A DNA stretch of 64,000 nucleotides from Geosiphon pyriformis uo1 (lineage: Eukaryota; Fungi; Glomeromycota), in contig JAAOMT010000183.1 of NCBI GenBank assembly GCA_016748015.1, positions 508,887 through 572,886 of the forward strand. Direction: 5' to 3'. Positions 23,631 to 38,000 of this stretch are shown here, piece by piece (the first letter of the stretch is position 1; the number at the start of each line of letters is the position of its first letter). The position numbers and the translations under genes are program-made. Below the pieces are notes generated by a model. It saw only the letters and a list, made by a program, of their open reading frames with translations. It was not told where the DNA came from and did no database searches.

Positions 23631-24621
23631 CTACTCGTCAGGAACTGTACAACAGAAGATTCAGGATGTTAATATAGGTATCAAACTTAGGGACTTTTGA
23701 ATTTTTTGAAGTCCTACCTTCAATTTCCCCCGATTCAAGTTTATCCGAGATTTCTCGAGGACTTTCCCTTTGGTTTTCAATCAAATTAATTAATACATCT
23801 TTACCATTGAAAATCAAGTGATTTTAAAATCAATTTCGACACTCACCCATCAACAGTACAACCAACGCTATTACATGTGCCCAAAATTTCTTTGACAGTC
23901 CCTTTTAATGTTTGGGCGAAAGACTTGAACCGCATGATACGTGCAATCTCGATCACTTCATCGAGTGTAATATTACCGCTGTGCTTGATATTTTTCTCCT
24001 TCTTACGGTCACGCGGCGGCTCTTTCAAAGCCCGAATAACTAAGGAGGAAGCACTGGGTACCACAGAGACAGCGGCTTGACGGTTCTGGATCGTTAGCTG
24101 CACGGTAACTCGGAGACCTTTCCAGTCGGCGGTAGCTTTAGCGATGTCTTCACCGACTTTTTTAGGTGCCTATTATTATGAGATTTCGTAATTAGTAATG
24201 GTCATTGAGAATTACTGCATCTATGATGCAATTTGATTTCATCACGAATAAGAAGCAATTTTCAATGCACTTATTTAACTGCAAAAATATAAGCAATCCA
24301 GAAACACCATTTATTCTGATTGGCCGTAAAAACTTACCAAACCAAGAGGGCCAATTTTAGGAGCAAGGGCAGAAGAAGCGCCAACTTCCCCACCAGTAGC
24401 CCTTAAGTAGATGATCTATAAAAAGAAAGGAAACAGCTTAAGAGCAAAGGCGGGTAGTGAAAGAATGCAAGTATAAAACCCTCTCGTTTCTCGGTATACC
24501 TTAATTTCACTGGGGTCTACCCAATTTCATAATGAAAAATAAGGAGAAAATCTTAAGCGATTAAATAATGTAGTTAGGAGCCAACTTCAAAAACCTCATA
24601 CATACCGACCTTGACTGGCAT
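23631..24621 (-). CDS. RPL12: 60S ribosomal protein L12 (uL11), 6 exons
   Basis: Spliced [68 protein letters not shown]...[17 protein letters not shown]...GEIEVPDE*. Confidence 0.97.
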
Positions 24622-25493
24622 TGTCGAAAAGTTCTATCGCGAGTAAACGCAAAAATTTTTTTTATCAAATATTGTTTCTTCATGGTCTTAAATACACGTC
24701 ACCACACTACACTAAAATAACGTGATATCACGCCTGTAAAAAGTTTTGGCCTAAAAAACCAAGCCATTTCTTTCTAACTTTATAGTTAAGTTTTAAAATA
24801 TAAGTTGCAAATAACTTGTATTTAAATTTTGTAATATTGTAGTTCTTAAAAAAATAATTGTTAATTTAATTTTAATATATTTGTAAAATATAATAATATT
24901 GTTATTAATTAATGTGTTAATTTTTAGAAAAATACCAAATATTATTAAAATTTTCATTAACTTTTTAATATATTATAAAAATACTAGTTTTAATAATTAT
25001 TACTTTGAATAAATCTTAATTAGTGTGTTAATTTTTAGAAAAACACCAAATATTGCAATATACTATTGTTTATTTCAAGTCGTTTAATGTGATTATAACT
25101 GTTTTGTTTGCTAATTAGTTTAATAATAAATAATAAAATTAAAATTCTTTTTTTTATTAATTATTAAAAATTTATTGCTTTTTATAATATGTTTAAAACC
25201 AAGTTGGTCAATTTTTTTTCTGGTTATATTGTTTTTAAAATCAACAAATTGGTTTTTAAATATGTGATTATATTTGTTTTATTTTTTAATTATTTGACAA
25301 TTAAAATATTTAATTAAAATATTTAATTATTAAATTTATAATTAACAAAATTAGTATATTAAAAAAAATTATACCTATTAAAAATCAATATTTTTTTAAA
25401 TGTTAAAGTTTTAATTGTTTGGTTTTTAATTATATTTTTTTTTTAAAATTTTTATTAACAATTTAATAAGAAAAAAATTAAAAATATAAAATT

Positions 25494-26910
25494 TATTATT
25501 ATTATTATTATTTTATTATAAGATTTATGAGTGAAGTCCAACTGCTATCTAGTACATAGATCCAAATTAAGTGGCTCAAACTAAATACAGCTCATACTTT
25601 TATTACATATGGCTGGTCACTTGAGCCAGACAAGACAACACTACACATTTATACTAACAAGTAGAATACTATTCAAACCAGAAAAGAAATAACACATTCT
25701 ACATCTACCAAAATTAACAGCAAAAAATTCCACAACACCAAGCATACAAATCACTTCATTTAACAACATAAATACTATACAGCAAAACAAGTCCAAAACC
25801 ATATCATTATCTTTGATTAAACCAGTCTTCTTTATATTTATCTTATATTTAAACCTAATAAGCCACATCTTAATGTGATGCAATTTTACCACAAATCTTA
25901 TGTATTTGACAAGTGCCAAAGCAGTTTTTTTTTTTTCAAAAACCAAAACAGTTTTAGCAAACCAATTCTTTAACACAAAATCTTTGCAAATTATAGTGTA
26001 CAGACTCATATCTAAAGAACACATTGAAAGCAAATACAAAATAACAAAAGTAAACAAGCAAAAAAGATCTGTCAATGACATCTATCTCTTAATAGCTTTA
26101 GCCAAAATGTTTTTATGGAAACCAATATTATCAAAGCAAATAAAAATGTGGTTAAACAATTTTACTTCACCATACAGTAAGCATAACACTTCAGAATAAC
26201 TTTTGTTATATAATCTCTTTCTAACTACTATTAGCAGTTGTCTATATATTGTTTTCATTATATATGTACACAAATTAGCTAATCTTCTACTAGTAAATTC
26301 AGAAAACATGTACAAGTCAGGTTGCCAAATCTTTGTAGTGGTAGTTTAATTTATTTCTCTAATTATAAAACTCAAAATTACATTATAACCAGAACCAGCT
26401 TTCCAATAAACACAGCAAATTGACCAATACAAATCACAAATAAAATAACAAGTATTATTAAACACAACAGTATTTTCAACAATCAGAAACCATTTCTGAA
26501 TTCCAACTAGCAAAAAAAAGAAGTAAAAATGGCCTCACCAGCCAATATATTAGTCTTAACATTATCTGAAACCCCTAAATGTTCTTTAACTTTTACTCAC
26601 TTAACCAAAATGTCTTTATCCCTAATAAAATTGGCTATATGTAATCTCTTAATCCAATATTGACTGTAAAAGTTAAGCACTACAAACAAAGTCTCAGATA
26701 CACAAGTGTTAATTACAAATTGGTTGTTTAAATACAAAATCACAGCACATAAAGATAGAACACATTCCAAAGCCAAAGCAACAGCTTATAATTCAACCAA
26801 AGTAGAAAACAAAAGCCCAAATACTTTAATCTTAATACTCACATCTATAATTGAAAAATAAGCAGCCATCTTATTTATCATCTTAACAGAACCAACATCT
26901 TTTAAGGACT
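25494..26910 (-). mobile_element. LINE 3' fragment (RNase H, C-terminal CCHC region, 3' UTR, (TAA)n tail)
   Basis: Parallel to 55584-57000: ALALECV, WVKVK.H, RKRLYNKSY..VLCL; TTA repeats at ~25494-25520. Confidence 0.85.
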
Positions 26911-29900
26911 TAATTATTATGTTTTAACTAATATACTAAATTATATAAAACAACTTTTATTAGAAAGTCAAATATCATATAATTTTATTAGAAAAAATCA
27001 ATAAAAAATTCTTTTATTATTTGTTTTAATTATTATTTTATAATATTGTTTTATTGATTTTACTAAATTAATTAAGATAGATTTAGAAATATTTTATTAC
27101 TTTTTTCTTATAAATCTTTCTAATTCATTATGATTTTGAAATCTTTTTTTTTATATTTTTTTTAACAATAGTTCAAAGATTTTTTATTGAGTTTAAATTA
27201 GAACTATTAAATAATTATTTTAATAAATTAGTTATATTCTTAACAATAAACTTTTTAACAAGTTTGCTAATATGTTTAAAATCATTATTTTGTTAAAATT
27301 ACCAATTATTCTTTAATATTGTTCTAATTTCAGATAAGTGGTTACAAAAAATATTTATATAAAATTAAGTATTTATTATTTAAACAAAACAATCTAAATT
27401 ATTTTTTTTTTATAAAAACTTTTTTATGTAAAATTTTTTTTTGATTTTTAAGCATATAATAAATTAGTTAAGTATCTTTATGTTAATATTTTACTGTTTT
27501 AAAAAAATTAAAAAGATGTTTTATTAATAAAAACTGTTTTTTTTATTGTTATTTAAGTATTTTTTGGTTTATTTTATATATTTTTGCTTATGTTTTTTAG
27601 TTAGCATTGAAATTATCTTAAAAATTTTTTTTTTATAATTAAATTAAATAAATAATTTTAAATAGTAATATAAAAAACATTTATTCTCTTTTTAGCCAAC
27701 TTTATTGTTAAATATTTAAATAAAACTAAAAAATCTTTATAAATAATCTGCTTTAATACTTTTAAAGAATTTTTCATAATTTTTCTTGGCTAACTATTAT
27801 TATTTGTATGCTTTATTGTTTATTTTTTTTGAGTTTTTTAAGAATATTATAAATTGTAAAAAAAATATATTTGTTTTATTCTATATTTCTTTTATCTTTT
27901 ATATTTTTGTTTTTAAAAATATAATATAACTTGCTATTGTATTTTTTGCTTTAAAGTTAGTATTTTAAAAACAACTTTTAAAAAAACTATTAATTAATAT
28001 GTAAAAAAATGTTTTTAAAGTTTAATTACTTATCTAATATTTTGTTTTTATTGTTATTAATAAAAAAAACAAAAATTATAATAAATAAAAAATAGTCAAT
28101 AGCAGAATAAAAGATTAATAAAAACATATAATATTAGAAATTTCAGAAATACCAGTAAAAATTTCAGAAATACTGGTAAAAATATTAAAAATTTCAGAAA
28201 TATCAAAAATTTTAACAATAACTTAAAAAAATTTTAAGAATCTTATATTATAAAAATTTATATATATATAATAAAAGTATTAAAAGTCAAAAAACAAACA
28301 ATTTTACTTTAAAATCAGTTTAATTATTTTTACTTTAATAAATATAAATAATAAAAATATTAATAAATTTTATTTTATTTATTAATTAATAAAATTATTT
28401 TATTAAAATTCACATTATAATTATATAAATATTATTAGTATTTATTATAGTTATATAATAATACTAAAATAATAGCTCTTAATTATAACTATTAACAGAA
28501 TATTGATTATTACTTTTTTATTTTATTATTATTATTATTATTTTGGTTAAGTTTACTAATTAATTTTAAAAAAATTATTAAGATTATAATATTAAAAATT
28601 ATTTAATAAAAAATATTAGAAAAAAATATAATTATAATTAAAAAATTAAGATTAGTTATTAAAAAAATACAAATACTAAAATAAACTGATTACTATACTG
28701 AGAAAAATAAAAATTTTTTTCTCTTGTCAATCTCTTGGCCATAATAAAAGTGAAAGATTTTTTGAAAAATTAACTTTTTTTTTCTCTTTTTCTCTTTGTT
28801 TCCTTTGGTTATTTCTTTTAACACACCTTCTTTTGTTGTGATAGAACTAGTAAACATGTCTATTAGTAGTTCTAGTTCTGGTTTGATTGGTTTAGAAACC
28901 TGCTTAAACACCAAAAAAAAATGTGTAAAGAGCATATACTTTTACAATATATTTTATAAAAAGCTAAAAAAGCTTAAAGTTGATAATAATATAATTAACT
29001 TGTTTGCTGGCTCTCTATACTTGAAGGATATTGGTAGTTCTAGTACTAAATCTGTGGTATCATGGGGAAGTAATGTTAATAATATTGCAAATAGTATTAG
29101 TGGTCTTTCAGATGTAAAAAATATAAGAAACATAATTGCAAAGAAAACAAGTTATGTAAATTTAGATGTTTTTGTGGACAATAAAAATATAGATAAAGTC
29201 ACACTAAAAAAAACTTGCACTTGGACATATATGTTGAGCCACTCACTAAAGGCATTTTTGTTTAATAATATAAGTAATGATAATGATGTTTTGGTGTTTT
29301 TGTCTCTTAAATTTATTGGCTCTAAACAGTTGTTATTAGTTAAATTATATGTTTTGGAAAAGCAAAACTTCAAGCCAGTTAAATTGTTTGCTTTGAATGT
29401 TAATCTGTCTGCTGTGCTTGGCAGAACTAATAGTAATAATTTAATTACTATAAAAAAGATTTTTTATTACATTGATGGTTTTGGAAAGGCTTTTACTTTT
29501 TTAAAATTTTCAGACATTATTAGATTTATCTTTACATCTGAATTGAGTTTAGGCAGAGCCAAGAAAATGACTATTAGTAAGAAAATCTTGGTGAATGAGG
29601 ATGTTAGGAAACAAAACAATTATTCAGATTGGGAAATAATTGTCAAAAAAATCTCAGTAAATTTTTCCAAATCAGCAGTAGAATTGGTCTTTTCCAAATT
29701 TGATAATATTGTTTTAATTAAAATACAATTGATTGGTCTTTGGCAAAAGGCTTTGGTAAAGTTTGAATCATTAAATATTGTCAATTTGGTTGCTTCTAAA
29801 TAGTCAGTTCTTATAGAAAAAAATTCTGTATATGTGGCTTTGGTGATTAATGATAAATAGTTGTGAGTATTCAAAGATTTACATTAAGCTTTGCTATATA

Positions 29901-32900
29901 CTTTACCAGTTGGCACTATTACTTATAATTTTTTTGGTTTGTTAAAGTCATATGGTAAGAAAAGTTGTTTTATTGGCTGCAATTTTAGTTCATATGTATA
30001 TGACAGATGTGCTATAATTTTGTTTTGCTAATAAGATGTTCAAAATTACTACTATTGGTTTTGTTTCAGTTTTCAAGAATGTGAATTTGTGCTGAACTGA
30101 TTTCTTTTTGGCTTGTTGTATATAGTATAAACAATTTGGTCATGTTTTTGGTATGTGTTTAATGAATAAAAATTCAGATAATCATGGTAAATATGTAGTC
30201 AGTTCTCAAAATTAGTTTTGTTTAGCAAATATATATAAAAAAAAACAAGTGCCAATAGCTCATCCAGTTTTATTTAAAGACAAAACTTGAGCTTAAATTG
30301 CTAGTAATCTCATTTTTTATGTGATATCCTTAATTTTTTCTGGTACTGGTTTATCTTTGAACACAAAACCTTTCCTGTTAAAATTTTTGAATATAAGTAA
30401 TAAGTTTGTTACTTTTAAGTAGAATCTTATCAACTTCATAAAACAAGTTGATAAACTAACTAAGAAGTTAAATATACTTGGGCCAATAGTTTCTCAGCCT
30501 AATCCTGAATGTCAATTATTGGTAACTTCTTCATTACAAAATTTAGGGGCAGATATAGTAATAAATAAAAATTTGGGTGTGGTTACTAGTAGTAAAACTG
30601 TTGTGAAAGCAGTAGTTCTTAATTAATTGTTTATTTCAAAGTTAAAGAAAAATATGAAAAATCTGTTAGCTATTATTATGAGCCTAATAACCAAAGTAGA
30701 AAATTTTAGTTTGGGTGTAAAAAATCTTTCTTCTTAATAATAGATTTGGTATAAAAAATTGCTACTTGTAATATTAAAAGTTTTAATGTCTTTGTCAAAT
30801 AAAAAGATATTATTCATTGGTATATGAATTTAGATAATATGATTTCTATTATTACTAAAACAAAATTGAGATCTAATATTAAGCTGTGGATTATAAATAA
30901 GTTTGGTGGAGTTTGGATTTTTACTTTTGGTTTGAAGAAGAGTTTTTTAAGTGCTAGTGTTGCCATAATTATAAATAGCTTTCTAGCTTAACATGTTTCA
31001 AAGGTAGATAAAATTTCAGATTGATTGATTTTAATATGCTTTTCATTTAAAAACAAGCTCTTAGTTATAATTCTGGATTTATATACTGGTGCATTTGTTG
31101 GTACACAGTTTGGCTAAGCTTTTAATATTAATTTTATAATCTCTAAAGCAGTCAATTCTAGCTTTTTTGTGGTTTTGGGTGGTAATTTTAATAATAATAA
31201 ATCCAAAAAGAGTGTAAATTTCAAGTTTTGTTTGAATTTGGATCTGGTTAATATATTTGTTGAGCATTTATTGGCTAAAGCTTCTACTTGAAACAATTTT
31301 AGGAAGACTGTAAAAGTGTTGGATTTTATTTTTGTGAATAAAAATCTAATATTTGCAGTTGTATATCATAAGATTAATTTTGTGTTAAAATATTTTAATA
31401 CAGATTATAAGGCAGTTTCAGTATCAATTGGTTTGAACAGTCTTCTGAATATTTATCTTAGTAGTATTTATAAACAAACTAATAAGAATTAGTAAAAGTT
31501 TAAGCTAAAAAATACAGATAATGTCAAGTAGATACGATTTAAAGAGCAATTTTTTAATAAGTTGCTGGCAAATTCAAATGTGTTTGAGAAGACAAAAAGC
31601 TGTGATAACTTGGATATAATGTAAAAGATGCTAAGAAAAACTATAGTACAAGTTGCTAATGTAATGTTTTCTAAACATTGATATAGTAAATATAATTGTT
31701 TAAAAAACAAACAGTTTTTGAAGTTTTTTAAATTAAAACTGCTTATTGTAAAAATTGTGAAGAAATAAAATTTTGGAAATCAGTTGGAATTTAATTGTCT
31801 TTTTGGTGTTTAATTAACTATTGATAATATAAAAACATCTATAATTACTGACATGATTCAAAATAGTATAAGTTCAATAGAATTGGTTAAGCATTTGTTA
31901 ATAGTAAGAAAGAGGTATCAAAAATCTATATATTATGAAATAAAAGCTTCTAAAAATATAGCTATTAAAAAGACAATTAAACATTACATAGAAAATTTCT
32001 GTTTTAATAAAAAGTGAATAATAAAAAACATTTTGAAAAGACCATTTCACAAAGTTGTTTTGGATCACTTGGTAGTAGATAATAAATTGGTAGTAGAGCC
32101 TAATAAAATAAAGCTTAAGATTAACAAAATTATAGAAAAGTAGACAAAAAAGCAGTTAGTATTCTTAAAATTGCCTGACTTTTGGTTTTATCAATATATG
32201 TTTCTGGATTATATAGATAATAATACTTTTTCTGATGTAATAAAAAAGATTAATATGAAGGAATTAACTTTGGTTGTTAATAATTTGCCAAATGGCAAGA
32301 CTGTTGGATTGTCAAAAATACTTAATAAACTATGAAAACATTGTGGTGATAATGTGTTAAATTGTCTTTTGAGGTTGTTGAATTTGTGTTTGACTTTGGA
32401 TACAGGTTTAATTTTTTGGACAAAGGTATAAGTCTTAATGATTCCAAAACCTTATAAATAGAATGACATCTTAACAAATACTTGGCCTATTGTATTGATC
32501 AAAATGGCTTGAAAAATCTTATTTAAGATTTTTTTTGATTAAATTTTATTAGCATATAGTAAATTTAACATTTTTTACAATAATAATTTTTTAGTATTAA
32601 AAAGTATTTTGATTTAATCTCTTATTTTTGCCATTGAGTTAGTTGTTAAGAATGCTTTTAAAAAAAATAAAGAGTTTTAATTAATATTACAAAATATGTG
32701 CAAAGCTTATAATTTAGTAAGCTGGTATTATCTAAGAACCAATTTGTGATATATTAAAATGTACAGTCAGTTTATTAAGTTTTTGGGCAGTATTTATAGA
32801 GATCAGATTAATAAAATAATGACAAATATTGGTCTTTCAAATAGTTATAAGATACATGATAGTTTGGATTAAGATAAAATCTTCTTTTCTTTCTTTTAGA

Positions 32901-34069
32901 GAATTTTTTATAACCTGCTTTTGTGTGAAATCAAGAGACAAAAACACTTATGTAAATACCAAATTAATACTAAATTTATGGCAAAGTCTAACAAAGTTGA
33001 AATTATTGAAGGGAAAACTTCTTTTTTTGCTGCTAATACCTTTGTTAATAATACAATTTAGGTCAAGAATAATCAAGTTTTTATACAATATATTTTAAAC
33101 ATTGCCAGTAAGTTTTTTAATATTAATAATATTTCAATTAATAATAATAAAACAGTGGTTATTTTTATCAATTAAAATGTCAAAACTGTTTTATTGTTAA
33201 TTGCTAAAAAAAATAAATTGCACAGATACTTGGGTATTTTTTTGTCTATTGAAGGTCTTTCTAAGTTTAGTTTGGCTCAGATTTATGCAAATATCAAGTT
33301 TTTTTTTAATGTAATATTGAAAAAAGTGATTACAAATAAACAGTTTTTTTATTTGGTCTTAGTTGTTCTATAGCCCATAGTTAGCTATTGAATGCAGTTT
33401 AGTTTTTTTTGTCAAGTATGTATTACAAATAGGATATAATGATTAAAAAAAGTCTTAAAGCCAAGATTGGTTTACCATAGAACTTTTTCAGTAAAGCTTT
33501 GCATTATCCATTTTTATATAATTTAAAAATCTTTGAGCAGATGCAATCTGAAAGCAAAATGGCTTTATTGGTTGTCTTTTCCAATACATGGAGCATTTTA
33601 AGCACTTATTTAAGCATAAATTTTTGGATTTACAGATTTTAGAATGGTTTTTTTAAATCTTTTACAGTTTTCTGTTAAGTTATATGTTAGTTCAATAAAC
33701 AATTTTCTAGCTAGAATGGTAAAAATTTTTTTGGACAATAAATTATCTTTGGCAAACAATTTGTCTAATGCTTTTCACAATTCTAGTAGGTTTTTAATGT
33801 CTGACATCTTAGAGCAATTCTTATAGTATAGCTTTGTTCATTTTTTGAAGCAGTTTAATAACAAACTTCTAGACAAAAAAGAGAATATAATGGACTGAAA
33901 AACGGTTTGACAATAGAAAAAGTTAGATCTAAAAGACTTTGTGCCTTATTGGTTTAAACTAACATCTAAGTTTTTGCATAATAAAAATTTTTTGATGGCT
34001 GGATTTGCTGTTATCTGTAGATCAATTAATATAAATGTTTTGGAATCTATGGAGTTTTCTGGTGTGCAG

Positions 34070-35042
34070 TGTTACTGGAGGTTTTTGGTCTCTTTTTTTA
34101 AATGTTATTAATGTTGATTTGTTGTGAATTCACATTCTCAGAAAGTAGTTAGATCTTTAGTAACTGAATTTATCTTCAAATTATCTTTTATAATTTGAAC
34201 TGCTAGGCTTATAAATGGAATGGCCAATTCCATGCCAGTTATTTTATGTAGTTATGTTGTAGTAAACATCAACTTTTTCCCAGGAATTGCTCATTTGGAA
34301 GCTAACTAAAAATGTGTAGTTACTTTGCTATGAAAGTCAACTCTTCTACAGAAATTTCGTCTGTAGGCTACCCTAATAATTATGATAAGAAAAGAAAAGA
34401 AAAATAAAAAAAATGTAAAAAAATAAGATTTTATCAAGGGAAACGTTTTCTATCCAGGCCTGGTGTTACTAACAGATTACTAAAATTGGTAGCTAATCAA
34501 TTTCAAAACGTTAGTTGTGTTGGGAGAATTTCAAGTGTAATAATTTTAAGAATTTGGTTTTTGAATATTTAATTTTTATTTGATTTTGTAAAAAAAGTAA
34601 TTTGTTATAATTAAGATATCTAAAGTAAGATACTATGATAAGATACTATGAAAAGATACATTTTTTTGAAGAGAGAAGCTCTTCTTTTATACAATTTGTT
34701 ATAGTACTAGTCTTTAAACTTGCACTTTTCTCTCTGCTACAATTTGGGTGAACTAAAGATACATTTTAGCAAACTACAAGTTATTTCACTAAATTATTGA
34801 TTATTTCAGCCAATTTTCATTAATTTCGGCGAATTTTGACTATGTTAAATAGTTCAGAGTATTGTGTAATTTGATCATCTTAATTTCTATTGTACAAATC
34901 GGATTATTGATTAAATAATGATATTTGATAATTTGATTAAATAATAAGTGATAATCGAAATGATAATAATATATGCTAATTAATAATAAGAATTATGAAG
35001 GTAATTTTATGTTAATTAATAGTTAAAATTCTATTAGTAATA
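34070..35042 (-). repeat. 3' LTR of Gypsy copy C
   Basis: Direct repeat of 42979-43952; adjacent to the PPT. Confidence 0.95.
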
Positions 35043-38000
35043 TAATCTCTTCCTCAAGACTGAGCTCTGTCAAAGTCCAAGCACTGTCTGTAATGTTAAG
35101 ATAGTAGTCCAATATAATTGAAGTAATTTGGTCTGAAAATTGTTGAAATTTCAGTTTTGTAAGCTTTCCAATATATTGAATCTTTATTAGCTAAAGTATT
35201 GGATTTTGTAGGACGTTTTTACAAGTGTTGAATAAATTATAGAGTTTAAATGCTGTTCTAAGTTTGTAGTGAGTGTTTGTTGGTCCAGCTGCTGTCTTGA
35301 ATTCATTGTGAATTTGTTTTTGAATTATTTCAGGAGTGATGTGTGTTGCTTCAAGTTCCAGTTTTCGTTTATAAAATGTTTTTCCAATATGAAAATATTT
35401 ATTGATAAGGGTATATTCATTGTTCTGTTCATTAAGAAATAGTAGAAGTTTTTGTTAAATTGTGACAATTGGTGAAATGTCAATAGAAGCAAATAAAAGA
35501 TTTTCTTTTAGTGCTTGCTTTAAAAGTTCTGGTAATTGAATTCCAAAATAACCTCTTGTTTTTATTCTATAGGAATAATAATTCTGAGAATTATTTACTA
35601 TTAGGACTGTGGTTTTTTTCTGAATGTAATTAATTTGACTTTTATTAATTGTTATGGATAGATCAGGAAGTGTTTTTAAGACTAACATTAATTTTTGAAA
35701 TATTTGTTGAATATTTCGAGAAATAATCATAATAAAATAACTAATTAATAAGTAATTTTTTTAAAAAGAATAAAGAAAATTATTTTTTGGGTATAGGGTT
35801 TTTATTTGTTTTTGGGTTTGAATGTTTCTTGTAATTATTTACTATTTTTGTTTTATGTTTTGTGTATTTAAAAGGGTTTTGTAACAATGTTAAATTAATT
35901 GTTCAAGTTTGATTGTTGTTCTATTATAACTATTGGTTCTAAATTTCGGGAAATATCTTCAGGATTAATTAAAAAAGAATGTGTACCAATTTGTGGAATT
36001 AATGATTCAGAATTGTTTCTGGAATAATAGTGTTTCAATCTATCTCCATGTGCAACTTTTGTCAGTACTTTGTTATCAAGTTTTAACTTGTATAATCTAT
36101 TGTCTAGAATTTCATAAATATAAAATGGTCTATTCCATTTATGTTCAAATTTTCCACTCCATTGTTTTTCAACCTTAGTTCTATGTAAGAAAACTTTATT
36201 TTCAATTTTAAATTCGTTAATAACTGATAGTAGTTTGTTGTCATGCCTTTTTTTTTGTTGAGCTTGGGAGTGTTCAATATAAGTTGCTGCTATCTATCTT
36301 TTTCCTTCCAGTGTACTAAGAAGAGTGTAGGCTCTTCTTTGAAGTGTTTTTTGAAAATTTTTTTTATTGATTGGTTGTACTGGATATGTTTCTACTGTAA
36401 AATTAATTGGTAGTATTGCTGTCCTTCTATAAGTAAGATCAAATGATGTGTGTTTCATAGTATCTTGTTTTAATGTTCTGTATGCTAGTAACACTGATGA
36501 AATAAAAATATCCCATTTCTGCTCAAAATTTGTTGAGACTTTGGTTAAAGATTTACACAATGTTCTGTTAAAATGTTCTACAAGTCTATTTGTTTGAGAG
36601 TAATAAAGTGATAATAGAGGTTTTTTAGCATTGAATTGTTCACAAATTTTTTGTATTAAGTTGTTCACAAAATGTGTTTCTTGATCAGATAAAAGTTCAA
36701 TTGGGCATTCATGTCTATAAATAATGTTTTTATAAATGAAATTTGCTACTGATTTTGCATCTGTTCTTTAAATGGCTTTAGTTTTAGACCATTTGGTATA
36801 ATAATCTATTGCAATTGCAATATAACAATTTCTTTGGGTTGTAATAAGTAATGGTTTGACTAAATCAATTCCAACTCTGTCAAAAGATTGTCCAACTTTG
36901 ATTGGATTTAAAATTCTGTGAGATGGGTTCTTTTTCTTCTTTGACAACTATCACAAGATTCTATATATTGTCGAATGTCTTTTTGCATATAAGGCCAAAA
37001 ATAATGTTCAAAATTTTTTTGAATTGTTTCATCTCTTCCCAAGTGTACTGAAGAAGGATCTGTGTACATGTTGTATAGAATTGTTTTTTTTCATTCTCTT
37101 GTACTAATCTGAGTGGTTGGTTTGGATTTCTACGATTTTTGTAATAAATTTTGTTGTAATGTATAAAATATTGTTTGAATTGGTGTTGTAATTGATGTTT
37201 TTTACTTGGAAACCAATTTTCAAGTATGATAAGATTCTCTAAATAGTTTTTGATGTTGTTGTAATTTCTGAGATCTATTGTTGTTTTGTTATTTTGTTGG
37301 TAGGTTGGTAAGTTGTAGTGGATTTGTTGGTGGTATTAATTTTGTCTCATTCTTGAGAGGCTATTAATATTGGTGTGTAGTTTTTCTGGTTTGTGATGTA
37401 CAATATATTTGTAGTCTGCTAAAAAGTTATTCCATCAAGACTGTTTGGCACTTTGTTTAGTTTTCTTTTTATTGAGCTATTTAAGGCCAATATTGTCAAT
37501 TATAATGTCAAATTTTTTTCTATTTTTCAGGTATTGTTGAAAATGTTTAATAGCCCAAATGATTGTAGTAGCTTTTAATTCAGTTGAGCCATATTTGAGT
37601 TTTGTTGGCTTGAGTGTTCTACTGGCATAGGCAATGACTTGCTTCTGGCCATTTTTATCTAATTGTGATAGGATGGCACCAAATACTATGTGTAAAGCAT
37701 TAATGACTAGTTAAAACCATTTGTTAAAGTCTGAGTAAACAAGAATTGGGGCTGTTGTTAATTTTGTTTTGAGAGTTTCAAAAGCTTTTTGTTGTTCTTC
37801 AGTTCATTGGTATGGCACGTTTTTATTGGTAAAATAATTGAATGGTTTGGCAATTTCTGAGAATTCTTTTATGAATTTTTGATATTAAGAGGCTAATCCT
37901 ACAAATTTTTATAGCTCTGTGGTATTTTGGAAGTTTGAAAGTTTTTGACAGCATTAATTGTTCTAAGATTTGGTTTAACTCCATCTTTGTTAACAATATG

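Noticed and set aside
24215-24250. Box C (GTGATGA) suggesting a C/D snoRNA in the RPL12 intron
   Set aside because: No downstream box D (CTGA) before the 3' splice site.
14089-24621. Functional cluster of RNA/translation-related genes
   Set aside because: These are common housekeeping genes from different pathways and compartments; adjacency alone does not support a cluster without synteny or co-expression data.
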